Of a stretch of 64,000 nucleotides of DNA, positions 36,876-50,984 are shown one piece after another; within the stretch, counting starts at the first letter, position 1, and the number at the start of each line of letters is the position of its first letter. Under the pieces are notes generated by a model. It ran no database searches. It had not been told where the DNA came from and saw only the letters and a list, made by a program, of their open reading frames with translations. This DNA comes from Octopus sinensis (lineage: Eukaryota), in NCBI RefSeq assembly GCF_006345805.1, contig NC_042999.1:165602001-165666000 (forward strand), written 5' to 3'. The position numbers were made by a program, and so were the translations under genes.

Positions 36876-38109
36876 TTAGTAATAATAATATTAATGTAAT
36901 ACAATTTTTTTGAAAGGACCACAGAGTCAATCTTTCTAAAAACCTACCACCTACAATGCTGCTGAAAATTAAATAGCATATAGATTATTATTAGATATGG
37001 CAATATGACATTTATTGAATGTATTGATTGGAGACATGTAAATTAAAGGAGTAAGCCTAAATTGTAATAATCTGAGGTCATAATGTGCTGTGGTTCATTT
37101 ACCTAATAATCATCTGAGAGAGCCAGACTTAGAAAACAATCATTTTAAACTGTTGCATTATCTTCAGAGTTGGTTAAAGGAAAATAAAATAAAGTTCTTA
37201 TTAGATTAAAACAAAACCATGCGCATGAATTTTCACTGTATCCATAACACATGCCTTTGGTTGTGAGATTAACTATAACAATAGTAATACCTTTTCCGCT
37301 CACTTTCTTTGTTGACAGCTGCATGGAATTAGCTTAAGCACACTTTATTTTCAACTAGAACAGAAATTAATTATAAGGTAATAAAAAGGCAGAGGGGCAG
37401 GAAAAGAATAATGTTAGAGATTACCTACTTTAAGTGAATGGTACTGGGATGTAATTATTGTATAGAATCATGATTCCAATCAAAGCTTATATTGTTTGAA
37501 GAACAATCTATTTATTTTTGCTGATCATAGTATTTATGTGAATAGCCACCTGTTCAGCTAGATTCATATTTTTGCATATTTTGATGAGTGCCTCATTTGT
37601 ATATCCGAGTACCATTCACCCAGTTTAATACTGACACCTGGTCCTTGGGATCATTTAACAAAGTCCACTCTATTGTGAGTATTTGAATCAGATCTCTTCT
37701 TCCTTTCATCCTTTAGCCAAGTGATAAACAGATTAAAAAACAAAAGCACGTAATAATTTTTAAGGAGACTTATTTTTACACATGCATTGATTTCTCTATA
37801 TGCACACATTTACATATGCATGTGTGTGGGTGTGTGCATGCATGTGTGTAAGCTGAATATTGTAAAGCATATGATGTGAGCCATTGATATTTGTGGATGG
37901 ACAAGAGGATTGTAAGATATTTGAGAACAAAATGGTGAGATGAAGTTGGAAAGAGGATTGATTAAAAGAGGAACAGATTCAGACAATGATAGAGAGATGT
38001 GGTATGGAAGCAGCAGAGGCAATGCATGAAAGTTATAAGACAACAATATTAAAAGGCTGCAAAAAAAAAAAGAGTTAAGAACAGCACAGGAAATCTTTCA
38101 GCATTCATA

Positions 38110-39008
38110 CATGGTCTGATCAATAAGTATCCAGACTGTTACCATAGTAATGAAGCTAAAGCACGCAGAGTGAAGCTGTTGGGTACAGATTGACCTTGAA
38201 CACTGGCTGTGCATGAACACTAAGTTTTAACATTCTAGCTCACTTCCACTGTGTACAGCAGTGCTTGGAAGGAAGATGTGTAGCGTGTGATCAGCACATT
38301 GACCATGACAGAGAAAGTTGAGTAGAGAATCTGCATCAAATTTTTCCAAAAGCTTGGCCATACTTGCTCAGAGGCCTACGCAAAGTTTTCAAAAAGTTTT
38401 CGTCATTCTTGACACAATCAATGAGATCTTGTGCAACTGAAACCCGAGTGTCCTTTTGGTCAGTTGAAAGCAGTTTTAGCACAAACTTGGCAGACATGTG
38501 TCTCATACCCAAATCTTCAGTGGTTATAGACTGAACTGAACCGTAACTAATCTGCACGTCCTCAGATAACTCATGGATGGTGATTGAACGATTTCCCCTC
38601 ACAGCTGCACACACACATCTGCAATGTTTTTCTCAGTTCTGCTTGTTGTGGAACTCCCAGAATGTTTCTCAATATGGACATTTTTTCAGCCATCTTGGAA
38701 ACATCTGACCCCCCTCATACACTCGTATGCAGCTCACGCACTCTTCTCCATACACTTTCTGAAGCTTTGCATAGGCCTCTGAGCAAGTATCGCCATGACA
38801 ACTTTCTATGTCATGGTCACTGTAATAATCACACGCTACACACCTTCCTTGTAAGCACTTTTGTAAACAGCAGAAGTGAGCTAGAATGTTAAAATTTAGT
38901 GCACGTGCACAACAGAGCTCAAGGTCAATCTTTGCCAAGTGACTTTACTCTGCATGCTTTAGCTTTGTTACTATGGCAACAGTCCGGATACTTATTGATC
39001 AGACCTCA
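38110..39008. mobile_element. Non-autonomous mariner (irritans-like) composed of two inverted left ends
   Basis: TA TSDs and TIR (c/t)(a/g)(t/a)ggtctgatcaataagtatcc. Both arms carry the transposase start (plus MTEKVE*RICIKFFQKLGHTCSEAY; minus DTCSEAYAKLQKVYGEEC...VRGNRSITIHELSEDV..SAKFV). Confidence 0.88.
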
Positions 39009-39144
39009 TAAATGATCAAAGACAGATGTTTATTCAAACAAATCAGCCCCAGTATTTTAAGACTGATATTTATTCCATCGGTCTCTTTCACCAAACCACT
39101 AACTTACTAGGATGTAAACAAAGCAGCTTCAGTTCTAAACTAGT

Positions 39145-39157
39145 GGTGAGGGTGAGT

Positions 39158-39206
<49 letters not shown>

Positions 39207-39223
39207 GGTGGTGAGGGTGAGGG
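39145..39223 (+). repeat. (TGAGGG)n hexamer tract, a telomere-variant-like repeat
   Basis: Eight perfect copies at 39159-39206 plus degenerate flanking copies. Confidence 0.95.
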
Positions 39224-40549
39224 CTAGCAAAAGAGAGAAGCAACATAACTGGAGTAAAATGCTTGGAAGATAAAGTGGACAAACTGTTTTGAGAAGATGG
39301 AAGCATTGTTTAAATAAAAGGGTAACATTGCTGAAATAGGATGGTGACATAGAGAAAATTATAATTCCATGAAGTGCAGAGAAAGAAGTTGAAGAGTAGA
39401 AAAGCAAAGCGCTGACAGTAGTTCTGGGAGATATGATAATTGCAGCAGAAAAACTGGGAATATGAAGAAAATGACATAGGTTGTGGGGAGAAAAAGCATT
39501 ATCCACTCTGATTAATAGAGTATAATACTTGAATATGTATGCAATATAAACAAATCTTGTATCTGTAAAAGTAGGTTTTTCAATGCTTTTTACCCAGAAT
39601 TTTGGCTGTAGGGTATGTGTATGTGTGAGTTTAAAATATCTACATTAATGGATAATTTTATTTTGATACAATGTCTCATGTATGTACAGGTATTTATGTA
39701 CACATGTAATGCATGTATTATATTATATAGATATAACATTTGCAAAAGCCAGCCTTTTCATCTCTGAAAGGTCACATGTCTTTCATTTTCTCCTCACTTT
39801 CACTTTAAAACAAAAGGGAATAAATAAAAATTTTTACGGAAATTAATGAACACAGATGACAGCTCTACAAGTCAAAACGAAAGATTGCCTAACAACTTTC
39901 TTTATTATAATACAGATGTGACTAATTCAGAGAAACATTACTCTCATTATTCACACATCGTCTATCTCGTACTTGATCAATGTAATTTTGGTTGAAATTG
40001 AAAGTGTGAAACTATTTTCACTTTCTAATGGAACCTAGTTGTTGTAACTTTCAATATCAGTGCGTTTCACTGTTGGATGGGTGGAAGTCACATACATATA
40101 CTAAGACACACACACACACACAGACATTAACGCACACCTCGTGTCTCTCTCTGTCCCTGTGTGTGTGTGTCTTTAGATGTGTGGTGTGTCAGTCACCACA
40201 AAAATGTATGTATACTGACAGACAGTAACACTGTCACACACATATTTGTCAGTCATCAGCCTAACGTACGTAACGAACATGCGAACACATATAGAAAATG
40301 TGACGTCATCGTTGTTGTGGTGTTGGTGGTGGTAAAAGATGTCATTTACAATAAATGACTGAAAGAAAAAATTTAAGATTATCATCTTAAATTTTTGTAA
40401 TGTAAATAAGTGAATGAAAATATAGTTTAGTTGGTAGCCAAAAGCTTACTGAATCTTTTCATACCCCATATGTCAAAAACGGCAACTCAGTTTTGGAATG
40501 CATAAGGAAGACCACCAGTCATCCATGCATACCAACCAGAGACTAATAC

Positions 40550-40720
40550 AGCTTTGCACCAGTGATGCTGCAATTCATTTCTACAGCTGAGTGAACTGGA
40601 GCAACGTGAAATAAAGTATCTTCCTCAAGAACACAACACACAGCCTGGTCCAGGAATCAAACTTACTACCTCATGATTGTAATCCCAACCCTTTAACCAC
40701 TGAGCTATGTGCCTTCACTT
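40550..40720 (-). mobile_element. tRNA-derived SINE family D (different central domain)
   Basis: Minus strand gtgaaggcacatagctcagtggttaa...gtttgattcctgg (A and B boxes), then ...ctttatttcacgttgctccagttcactcagctg. A shorter relative lies at 42540-42632. Confidence 0.7.
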
Positions 40721-42681
40721 ATGTGATACAGATGTATTTTTCATTTATAATCCAAACAACATAAATTCATTCAACCAAATGATAACTTAGCAGTCAGAAA
40801 CAGTATAGAAACTAATTGACTTTATGTTTTCTTGTTCACATGCTGTCACTATGTAAAGTATGAATGGGAAAACAGTAAAATAAAAAAAAACAATTGTATG
40901 GAATTTTAAAGATTAGAAGAGTATATTGCAGTAAAGTGCAAGAAATGTATTTCTTATGCTTGTGGTATTTTATTGTTTATAAACATAGCTTTGTATTAAT
41001 TCTAAAATTCAGTCTAATGTACAAGGGAGGTGGTGAGCTGGCAGAATTGGTAGCATACTGGCCAAAATGCTTTGTGGCATTTTGTCCATCTCCACATTCT
41101 GTATTCAAATTCTACCAAGGTAAACTTTGCCTTTCATCCTTTTAGGGTTAATAAATAAGTACCAGTTGAGCACTGGAGTCAATGTAATCAACTTACCCCC
41201 CTTCCCCAAAATTGCAGGCCTTGTGCCAAAATTTGAAACCAGTATATAGTGTAGTTTTGTTTCAATATCATTTTCCTTTTTTAATAAAGTTGCATAACCT
41301 GCAAGAAGGAGCCAAATGTCTCTTAAATTCTGCTCTAGTGTCTTAAAAAAAGGAAGGATTCATTAGATAATATAATACAACATATAAAAGATAGAAAGGT
41401 TTCAGCTGGAATATTTTTTAGTTGAAAGTGTGAAGTAATATGGTTGACTTGGAACATAACTAGATGTTTGGTTTCCCTCATTGCCACTGGTGAAAATTTC
41501 ATAGCATAAACAACAACTGTTAATTTTTCTAACAATAAAAGTATTCATGGAAAAAACTGTCTTTTAGGTAAATAATTTTATAAAATGTTTGTGAAACAAA
41601 TAGTTAAATAAAAAAAAAAAAGATTTTTTGAAAGAGTTTCACCCTAGTAATAGTGCAGAAAATATGGTTATAAGTTTGGAATGAAAAATTTATAAATTTT
41701 GTGTAATTAATTTAAAATGAGTTTGCAAAGCCTATTTGTTTACAACTCTTTTTTTAAAAAATTGCTTGTAATTATTAGCAGCAGATGGTGTACAAGAGCC
41801 TGTCAAACATTTCTGAACTATTAAACCACTTTGTGCGAATTTAAAGTGTTTCATTGGAAATTATTTTCAATTTAAACTTTCATGACATTATCAGTATGAG
41901 ACCACTTAGTTATGACACTTGTGGATAAAGTTCTACAAGAAAAAAAGTTAAGATGACTTTTAGAGTGAAGTTGGCTTTAACCTGTACTTTTATGTGAGAA
42001 AAAAAATCAAAACTCTTATGAAGCTTGGTAAATAATTTTCTTTTCTTGTTTATGAAAATCCAAAACATACATATAGCCCACTTCTACTTTACAAGGACTT
42101 TTATCCCAGAAGATACTAAATGTAGAATTAATTTCCTTCATAAATTGCTTACTAACAATTTTCAATCACAAGTATTTGTATTCTTGGATTCAATAAATAC
42201 TTTCTCCCAATTTTAGAACAAGTTACTGGGAAACAATTGATTTAAATGTGAGATTTTTCTCTGGCCTATCCAAAATTTCCTTAATTAGTGATATCTTGTC
42301 TAATTGGCCACACAAAAATACTAATTGCTTCATATTATTTTGAATATTTCTGCTTTGTCTTTTAATATATGCAGTAATCTTGTAATCTTATTAAGTCAAT
42401 GGAAGCAGCCATGAAAACTCACGGATGAAATGTAATAAAATTCTTTCCTTTTGTCTTCATTAGATCCTACAAGGACTTGAACTCAATGTTTTAGGCTGCA
42501 AAATATCAATTTTACAATGCTGTTTTACCTTATAGTGGTGTCTTGCTTCAAGGACACAGTGCATCGCCGGGAATTGAACTGAAGATCTTTCAATTGTGAG
42601 CCAAATACTCAACAACTAAGCCACATGCCTTCATTCAGAAATAAACCAGTTCCAAAAAGATTCTCTGGGAATCTTCATAAA

Positions 42682-43079
42682 TCTTTATATATAAAAGAGA
42701 GGTTGTGTGCTGTCTGTCTCCTATGATTTATATTCCTAACTACTCCCACATTTTGCGGTGCAGTTTAACCAAAACTGGGTATCTTATAGTCGTGATTCAT
42801 ATCGAGCCCTTCTGGGTATTAGCACGTGTCTACGATGAGTCTACGATTTAAAAAAAAAATTTGCCATCAATTTTTCCTTTTTAATGCATTTTTGGCATAT
42901 ATAAGGAAAGTAGCTCTCTAAAAATGTATTATTAAATCTCAGAACGTAAAAAGCTACAGTAACAGCCCCCCCCCTTTGTGGTTAGCCATATTGAGATGGC
43001 TATTATACTTTACATCTCTAAAAATGCTTATATAGTTATTTCCCTTACAAACCCGAGCAATGCCGGGCGATACTGCTAG
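42682..43079 (+). mobile_element. Non-autonomous Helitron
   Basis: Inserted between A and T. 5' TCtttatatataaaag; subterminal hairpin cccgagcaatgccggg at 43052-43067; 3' CTAG. Confidence 0.85.
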
Positions 43080-44324
43080 TTTAGTATAATTTATGAATTT
43101 CCAAAACTACTTTTTCGTTTGTTTTCCAAGCTTGCAAGGGTGAGATAGTTTGTTTTTTGGAGCAATTGTTTTACTGTGAGATTGTCATTCCTAACAATAA
43201 TCGCCAATCTTCAAAAAAAAGTGGAGTTTATTAACTTTTTTTTTTCCTGATAAATTGTCACAAGTCAGATATCTTACTCTATGTTAGAACATTATGACAA
43301 TAATAATAACTGAACTTATAACTATATGATCAGTAGTCCAGCAATTTAACCTTACTATCATAACACTGCCACACCTAAATTATCAATGTACAAAAACATT
43401 ATTAATAAAACTTTTTTAATTTCTGTTATCTTTTACTTTTTGCTTATTTCTGCCATTAGATTACAGCCATGCTGGGGACCCACCTTCAAGAATTTGAAGG
43501 TAAGATAATTAATAATGAGATAGCAAAGACAGATTAAAGCATTGACTTTAATCTGAGTAGCTTCCACTCGAGGTATAAATTAATTTAAAGTCAAACTTGA
43601 TAAGAGTTGTGTCCAGAAACTATTAAAATGTAGCTGAATGCCTGAAGACATTTTGGGCTCCACAGAACCAGCATTTACATTACGTCTATAACAAGCAGTT
43701 CAGAAATGATTTAAACTCAAGTGGAACCCAAAATCATGTAATTGCGATTTACAATTTGGTAGGGATTAACAGAACTGGTAAATGGTTTACCTAATAGAAG
43801 TTCAGTGTTGCAATTCAAGTGAAGTAGTAGATTATTTACAATCCAAATTGATTTAAGACTTAAAACTTCTGGGGAAGACTTTTCCATGAGGAATGTTTCC
43901 AGGCTAGTTTGGTAGAGCAATTTGAATTCCATTTGGAATATGGTTCCCCATATAAGGTCTTGCACCTATACTAGAACCTTATTTCTATTTATTTATTTGT
44001 AATTTAACAATTGTAATTGTGATCAATTTGGGAATGTAGGTGGGCTAGTGTGTGTATTGTTTTTTGTGATAACTCAATTCTTTGGTCAAATCAAATTTAA
44101 CTTTACTTCATTATGTGGCTTTCCAAAATCAATAAAATGTATAAATTATTGTAAAATGGAGTCATTTTCACACCAATCTGATTTTCAAAATTGACTTCAG
44201 ATCTCAACAAAACAATCATGGAAGTCCTGAAAAGATAAGTCATGACTGAAATAATTTTGATCATAGGTCTACCGGATTGTAGCTAAGCAAACGTTCATCA
44301 TCTCATCATCTTGGTTGCACTTTT

Positions 44325-44580
44325 TGCATGGATTCCCATGACTCTCTGTGACTCTCTCCAATTCTAATATTCATATTTGAACTGAGAGCTTGAGTCACAA
44401 TGAATCTTTCATTAGCTGATTACACAACAATGAATGTCATCGCTGTGGATTTATTGCAGTTCCTTTCCTCATAGAACTTGGTAGTCCTGACCATTGATCT
44501 TCAAAGATTCCTCCACTCAGCATCAAAGTAAGAAGCACCATTGACTGAGTTGAGCTCTTCCACTGCCTCTTCACAATCTG
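44325..44580 (-). repeat. Inverted homolog of 4817-5075
   Basis: 30-bp identical core at 44399-44428. Confidence 0.8.
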
Positions 44581-44764
44581 CCATGCTGCAATCCCATAAC
44601 TTAGCAAACACTAATCAAAAACTAGAAACATTCCAAGGCTCTTTCAGTGGCTTTGAAATAATAAGGCACTTATCATTGATGACTATACAGATTTTAGAGG
44701 TCACCTGCAGCATTGTAAAAGAATCTGACTTTTGTAAGGTCTAGATTTCATATGTGAATCACAG

Positions 44765-45130
44765 GTGAAGGCATGGCTGTGTGATAAGAAGTTTGCTTCC
44801 AAATCACATGGTTCTAGATCTGATCCTACTTCAGTCCCGTGGCATGTTGGGCAAGTGTCTTCTGCTATAGCCTTGGGCTGACCAAAGCATTGTGAGTGAA
44901 TTTGGTAGACAGAAACTGAAAGAAGCCTACTCCTGTGTGTGTGTGTCTTTGTGTCTGTCTGCCCACCACCACCACTTGACAATTGGTGCTGGTGTGTTTA
45001 TATCCTGTAACTGTGTGAATCAGCAGAAGAGGCCAATAGAATAAGTACCAGGTTTTAAAAAATAAATACTGCAGTCAGTTTATTTAACTAAAATTCTTCA
45101 AGGTTGTGTCCCTGAAGCAAGTAAAAGATA
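44765..45130 (+). mobile_element. SINE family A
   Basis: Head, core, (GT)n and tail remnants. Confidence 0.82.
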
Positions 45131-45803
45131 AAAGATCTACTTGATACTTTTGTCCAATATAACAACCTAAAATGCAGTCACATTTGTAATATTTTACCTA
45201 CAGCAAGTCCCTTGCTCTTGTGCAATCCTATTTTTACTAGATGTTTCACCTAAATAAAGAGAATAGTATTAATCTAAATATGTATTAAGTTTTTATAATG
45301 GAAAATGATATCCTCTGTTCAATTTATTCCTGTTTCAACTATACAATGTAAAATAATAATGACTGAGTATGTAACAAGAGGTTTGTGACCACTTTCTATC
45401 TTATTTCATATCCTGCCATGAAAAATCATCATTTCTTTATATCATTGTAAGGAAACTACTGATTTGAAGCTATTGACTCAAGTCACAGTAAACTACATGT
45501 GTATGGTTGGGGTGGGGGGATGGGCGACACTATTATTTGTGTTTATGTAAATGCTTGCATGTATGGACTAAAATATATTTACAAGATTTCCTCTTTCTTT
45601 TACTCTGTTCCCTCTCCCTTTCTCCCTTTCTCCCTCTCTCTCTCTCTCTCTTTTTCTCTTTATAAATATATGTGTTTGTGTATACCAGTCTAAAACAGAG
45701 TAGCAAGTTAGGTTTTTTGAGGATTTTTTTTACATTAGAAAAGTAACCTTTAACAAAACAGAAACTGATTATGTACTAAAGTAAGTACTGTGGTCAATAT
45801 CAT

Positions 45804-45861
<58 letters not shown>

Positions 45862-46507
45862 ATGAAAACAACTCATTCCCACGTATATTTGGTGCATTTA
45901 TCCAGACAAGGTTTAATTTTTTTTAACAATAAAAAAACTGATGAGTGAAGTTTAAAGAAAAAGTAGAATGACAAGTATTACCTTTTTTTCAAGTATTTCT
46001 CTATAATTCTCTTCAATTATTAATCCTTCATTCCAAAATTCTTGAGAGAAGTAGAAGTAATTTCAGACAGACAGTTTGATAGAGTGAGAATGAGAGATTA
46101 AGAGAATAAAAAGTAGAGATAAGTGAAGGGGTGAGATGGGGAAAGAAGAAAGAGAAGCAGGTGGAGGAGAAAAGGTAGAGATGGGTGATGGGGAACTAAT
46201 TCATTCCTTACCGTTAACGATCGTGTGAAGATATTCTGAGAGCAGAATCTGGAAACAAAAGAACTGAAATAAGAGAATTAAGAGAGGAAGAGGAGTTTGG
46301 TTCTGAGGCTAGTTTATGTAGGATAACACTCACTTGTGTTCATGCATGTATGGATGCACACACATTTACACAACCATAAAAGCATTCACAAACTGAGTCA
46401 TAAATACATACACATGTACATTCATGCATACACACATACACATTCACATATACAAACACACACATTCATACATACATACACAACTACATAAATATACCTT
46501 CATTCAA

Positions 46508-46538
<31 letters not shown>

Positions 46539-47104
46539 CACACACACACACATACGTACATGCTTACATGTATGCATACATGTATGTATACAAAATACAC
46601 AGATATGTGTACACACGAGTATGTGCATTGATTAATACAGGTGAAATGTGTTATTTGATGAAACTTCCTTCTAAATAATGACAGCATTACTTCCAGAAAT
46701 ATTTAATTTTATCGATCTCCTTTGCTGAACCAGTGAGGCAGATTACATCTTGGAAGATGACTAAACCTGTTATAATCAACAAAAATGTTAGAGATAGAAA
46801 CATAGAGGGAGGAGGAGAGGAGGAGGAGGAGAGAAAGAGAGAGGGAGTATTCTTCAGCTTTCTTTAATTTACATGTATTCCTATGTTTCTTAAGAAAGTT
46901 TGGCAGATGGATATGGGAACTGTGGCTGATTGAAATTTGATCTCCTGGAATAACATTGGACAAAACATGATCTTTTAATGTGTTTCAATGTCTATATGAA
47001 GATTTTTGTCTGTTCTTCAAAAGTGCATATTTTCTCAAATATTGATGCTTATCATCACAATCACTACTATTATCACCATCATCATCATTGTCATCATCTT
47101 CATA

Positions 47105-47587
47105 ACACTGTATGACACAATTTTAGTCCCTGGGTAGCAACTGTTATTTCCTATTTGCTTATCCCTTGAAAGTATGAAAAATAATCAATATTTCCTTCAA
47201 ACTTTGCTTTTATTACACTTATTCAAACCCCAAAGAAACCCCCTCAACACATGGCTATGATGCTCCCCCACTACTCCTGCTCATGATCAGAGATGCACAA
47301 TTTGTCAGCCACTAAGGGACATGCTCAAGTAGTTTAAGGTCAAGTAACTGACAAGCAAATCTGTGGTATTGAGCAGAATATTTGCTATAACAATATTTCT
47401 GCTTCTGTAACTCAGCACTGAATCTGTCTGAGATGTAATGGAAAATAGGTCAGTTTCAAAACAGGTCATAAAAACAAAGTCTGAAGGGAACGGTAGTCAT
47501 TTCCTTTGATTTCTAAATAGAAGTGAATAGGAAATAACACTTACTGACCAAAGACAAAAAAATAATTAAACTTTTTTGTTACACAGT
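47105..47587 (+). repeat. Local direct duplication copy 2 (of 19455-19978)
   Basis: Shared SINE variant and shared unique flank. Confidence 0.85.
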
Positions 47588-47603
47588 GTAATCATCATTA
47601 TTG

Positions 47604-47640
<37 letters not shown>

Positions 47641-48409
47641 TTTATGTCTGTTTTCCATGCTAGCATAGGTTGGAGAGGTTGTCAAAATCTGAACTAGTCC
47701 TTATTTAGAATAATCACAAGAGCATTTCTCACTTGTACTTACCATTTTTAGCATGGTTCCTATGACTGAATACTCTTCTTAACACCAATTACTTTGCAGA
47801 GTGAATTGATTTTTTATTTGTATTTCTCTTATATTGCAAAGAAAAGCAGGGGACTCAGTTAAATAGGATACATTACAGTATCCATCTACTTTGATGCCTC
47901 AAATTTTTTATGTCAAGCCTTGGAGGCTTTGACTTTGACTAGTCCTTCCACTGTTGATAAAATAAGATGCTGTAAAATAATGAACATATGCTATCTTTAT
48001 TCACTTTCTTGCCAGACAAGAAATTTTTGATTCACTTGAAGAAATCTTAAACATTCTGAGATGCATCATTTCAAATATTATAATTGTATCTATTAATAAG
48101 TTTGACCTATAGGTTATTAATTCGCATATCCCAGGGTAAGAATGTAGGCATAACAAAAGCTGGGATAAAAATATGGACAGTGGTTTGGTGGCTAAGTAGG
48201 ATGGTACAAAATGGTTAAGAAGAGATCTGGGGAGTGGTAAAAGAAAAGTACAGGCACGGGGGTTACAAAGTTTGTTTCACAGCTAAATGCTCTGGATTCA
48301 ATTCCACTGCACAGGATGTTGGACAAATGTTTTCTGCTATACATGTTCACAATATCTTATAGTGGAATTTGGTTGACTGAAATTATGCATTTATTTACAT
48401 ACATACATT

Positions 48410-48660
48410 ACTATCATCATCATCATCATCATATTAACATCCACTTTTCCATGTTTGCATGGGTCAAATGGAGCTTATTGGGGTAGATTTTTCTATGGTC
48501 AGGTGCCCTTCATTTCACCAACCTTCACTTGTAAGGTAAATATTTCTCCACACCCAGACATGTTCTCACAGGATACTGGAAATAAATGACACTGCTTATA
48601 TGACAGTGGCAATCATCTTGCAACTAATATGCAATGTCAAGACAAGGAGATGCAAATATG

Positions 48661-48692
<32 letters not shown>

Positions 48693-48905
48693 TAGATAGA
48701 TAGATAGATAGAATGATTGATTGATAGACAGATAGATATACATATATATGACAGGCTTCTTTCAGTTTCCATCCACCAAGTCAACTCTCCAGAATTTGAT
48801 TGGCTCAGAGCTATAGTAGAAAACGCTTGTCTCACTGCGGTACTGAACCCAGAGCTATGCAGTTGGGAGGCAAACTCCTTACCATAGAACCACACTTGCA
48901 CCTTA
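48410..48905 (-). mobile_element. SINE with family A head and core but an RTE-type tail
   Basis: Minus strand: family A head, then ...gacccatgcaaacatggaaaagtggatgttaatatgatgatg. Confidence 0.75.
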
Positions 48906-48909
48906 TATA

Positions 48910-49490
48910 TATCATCATCATTCTTTAACATGTTTTCCATGTTGTCATGGGTTGCACCAGGTCCCACCAGTCTGATTTGGCTTGGTTTCTATGGCTGGTT
49001 GCCCTTCCTAACACCAACCACTTAACAGAGTGCTCTACTGCATGGTTTTTACATGGGACCAGCATCGGTGCTTTCATGTTGCACTGACACGAGAGTTATT
49101 ACATGGGGCTGGTACAGGTGCTTTTTACATGGCACTGGCGGCATGGGGCTTTTGCAGGCCAATCCTCTTCAGCAGGGGAAGCAACATTAACACTTCTGCT
49201 GCAAAGGACAGGTCTTCTTGAGTACAGGTGCCAGATATCTCAATCTTTTATCATCTCCTCTGTAAGGTTCAGTATCCTAAGATCATCCTTCAGTACATTG
49301 TTCCATGTTTTCCTGGGTTTCCCTCTTCCACAAGTTCCATCCACTTTGAGTGATCAGCACTTCTTTGCAGAGCAGTCATCATATATCAGTATCACATGAC
49401 CAAACCAGTGCAGCCCTCTCTTGCACATTGCATCTAATTCTTCTTATGCCTAACTTTTCTCTTAATACACTAGTACTCTGTCATACATAC
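48910..49490 (-). pseudogene. Decayed RTE LINE 3' end
   Basis: LHWFGHV, GTCGRGKPRKTW remnant, then 3' UTR and tail. Confidence 0.85.
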
Positions 49491-49502
49491 ACACTTACAT
49501 TG

Positions 49503-49535
<33 letters not shown>

Positions 49536-50984
49536 TTGTGTGTGTTTCAGTGTCTGTTCTTTTGTTCTTATTACATAGCCATGGAATCATAGTTTTTGAT
49601 ACATTCCAAATTACAATTTTTCTCCTTGTTGTCTTCATAATTTGATTTGGTAGTTCTTCTCTTTACGAGGACCTAACCAGGATTTCGATTGAAGGTTTCT
49701 CAATTACTAGAATAGACCCAACACTAGCAATCTAATTTGTATTTATATGTACATACTTGTGTATATTGGTTTCAAATTTTGGCACAAGGCCAGCAATTTC
49801 AGAGGAGGGTATAAGTTGATTACATTGACCCCAGTATTCAACTTGTATTTATGTTACTTTATTGACCCCAAAAGGATAAAAGGCAAAATTGACCTCAGCA
49901 GAATTTGAACTCAGAATGTAAAGACAGACAAAATACTACTAAGCATTTTGCCCAACTTGCTAATGGTTCTGCCAGCTCACTGCCTTATGTGTATGTATAT
50001 ATTATACACACATACAAAACCTTGATGCATGGTTTGTCTGAATATGGCTATGCCCTTCTCTATTATACCCAGCTACATATGTACTTTAATTTCATACCTT
50101 TAACTTTTAAGCACTTGATTATTCTACACCAGTTATTGAGAATAACATCAATCATGGTTCAGAGCATAATCTCATTAGTCACTTTAATTAGTATTGTACC
50201 ATCAACTTATCCTGTAACTTTCAATATCGACACTTATTATCCTTGAAGTTTATGTATTTCCTTAATCACTTCATGCACAAACATCTGGTTATTTTCAATA
50301 GATAATTATTTGATCAGTATAATCCAGTCTGTTTGTTGTACAACTTTGCATTCAGACATTTCCCACCCCTTCTTTCTTTTTAACCACTGAAGTGTACAGA
50401 TGATCTCCACATCACAGAGAACATAGCCAGTTATGACCCAGTAATTTCTCATGATATTTTGCATTATGTTTTAAAGCACTTCATATTTTAATTCGCCAAG
50501 ATGTTTTAGAAAGTACTCTAATCCTTAACTTCTTGCTCTTGAATAAAACTGTGTTACTTCTTATAATCCCTGTCTCTCCCTTTCTCTTCTAAACCTTTTC
50601 ATTTATATTTCACCGGCAGTATCTTCACTCTTTTGGTATTTGATCCATTTCTTCCATCACAACATTTCTTAAAGTTTCAATGAGCCACCATCTCAGGAAC
50701 ATACTTGCACTGTCTCATTCTTTAATCTGTGACTCTCTGCTGGTGGTAATGATGCTGCTTTTGTTGTTGATGATGATGATGAGAAGGAGGAAAACGATGG
50801 TGGCTGTAGTGGTAAATGTGGTGGAACTGATGACAGCAACAACAGTAGCAATGGGGACTGAGGTGTTAAATAATTGTATGATAAATAATAATGATATGCA
50901 GTATCAGTCACTGGCTCTCATGGTTTCTGATCTTAACTGACTGGAATTGTTATCATGTACATTGTTTGGTCTTGGTAAAAATGA

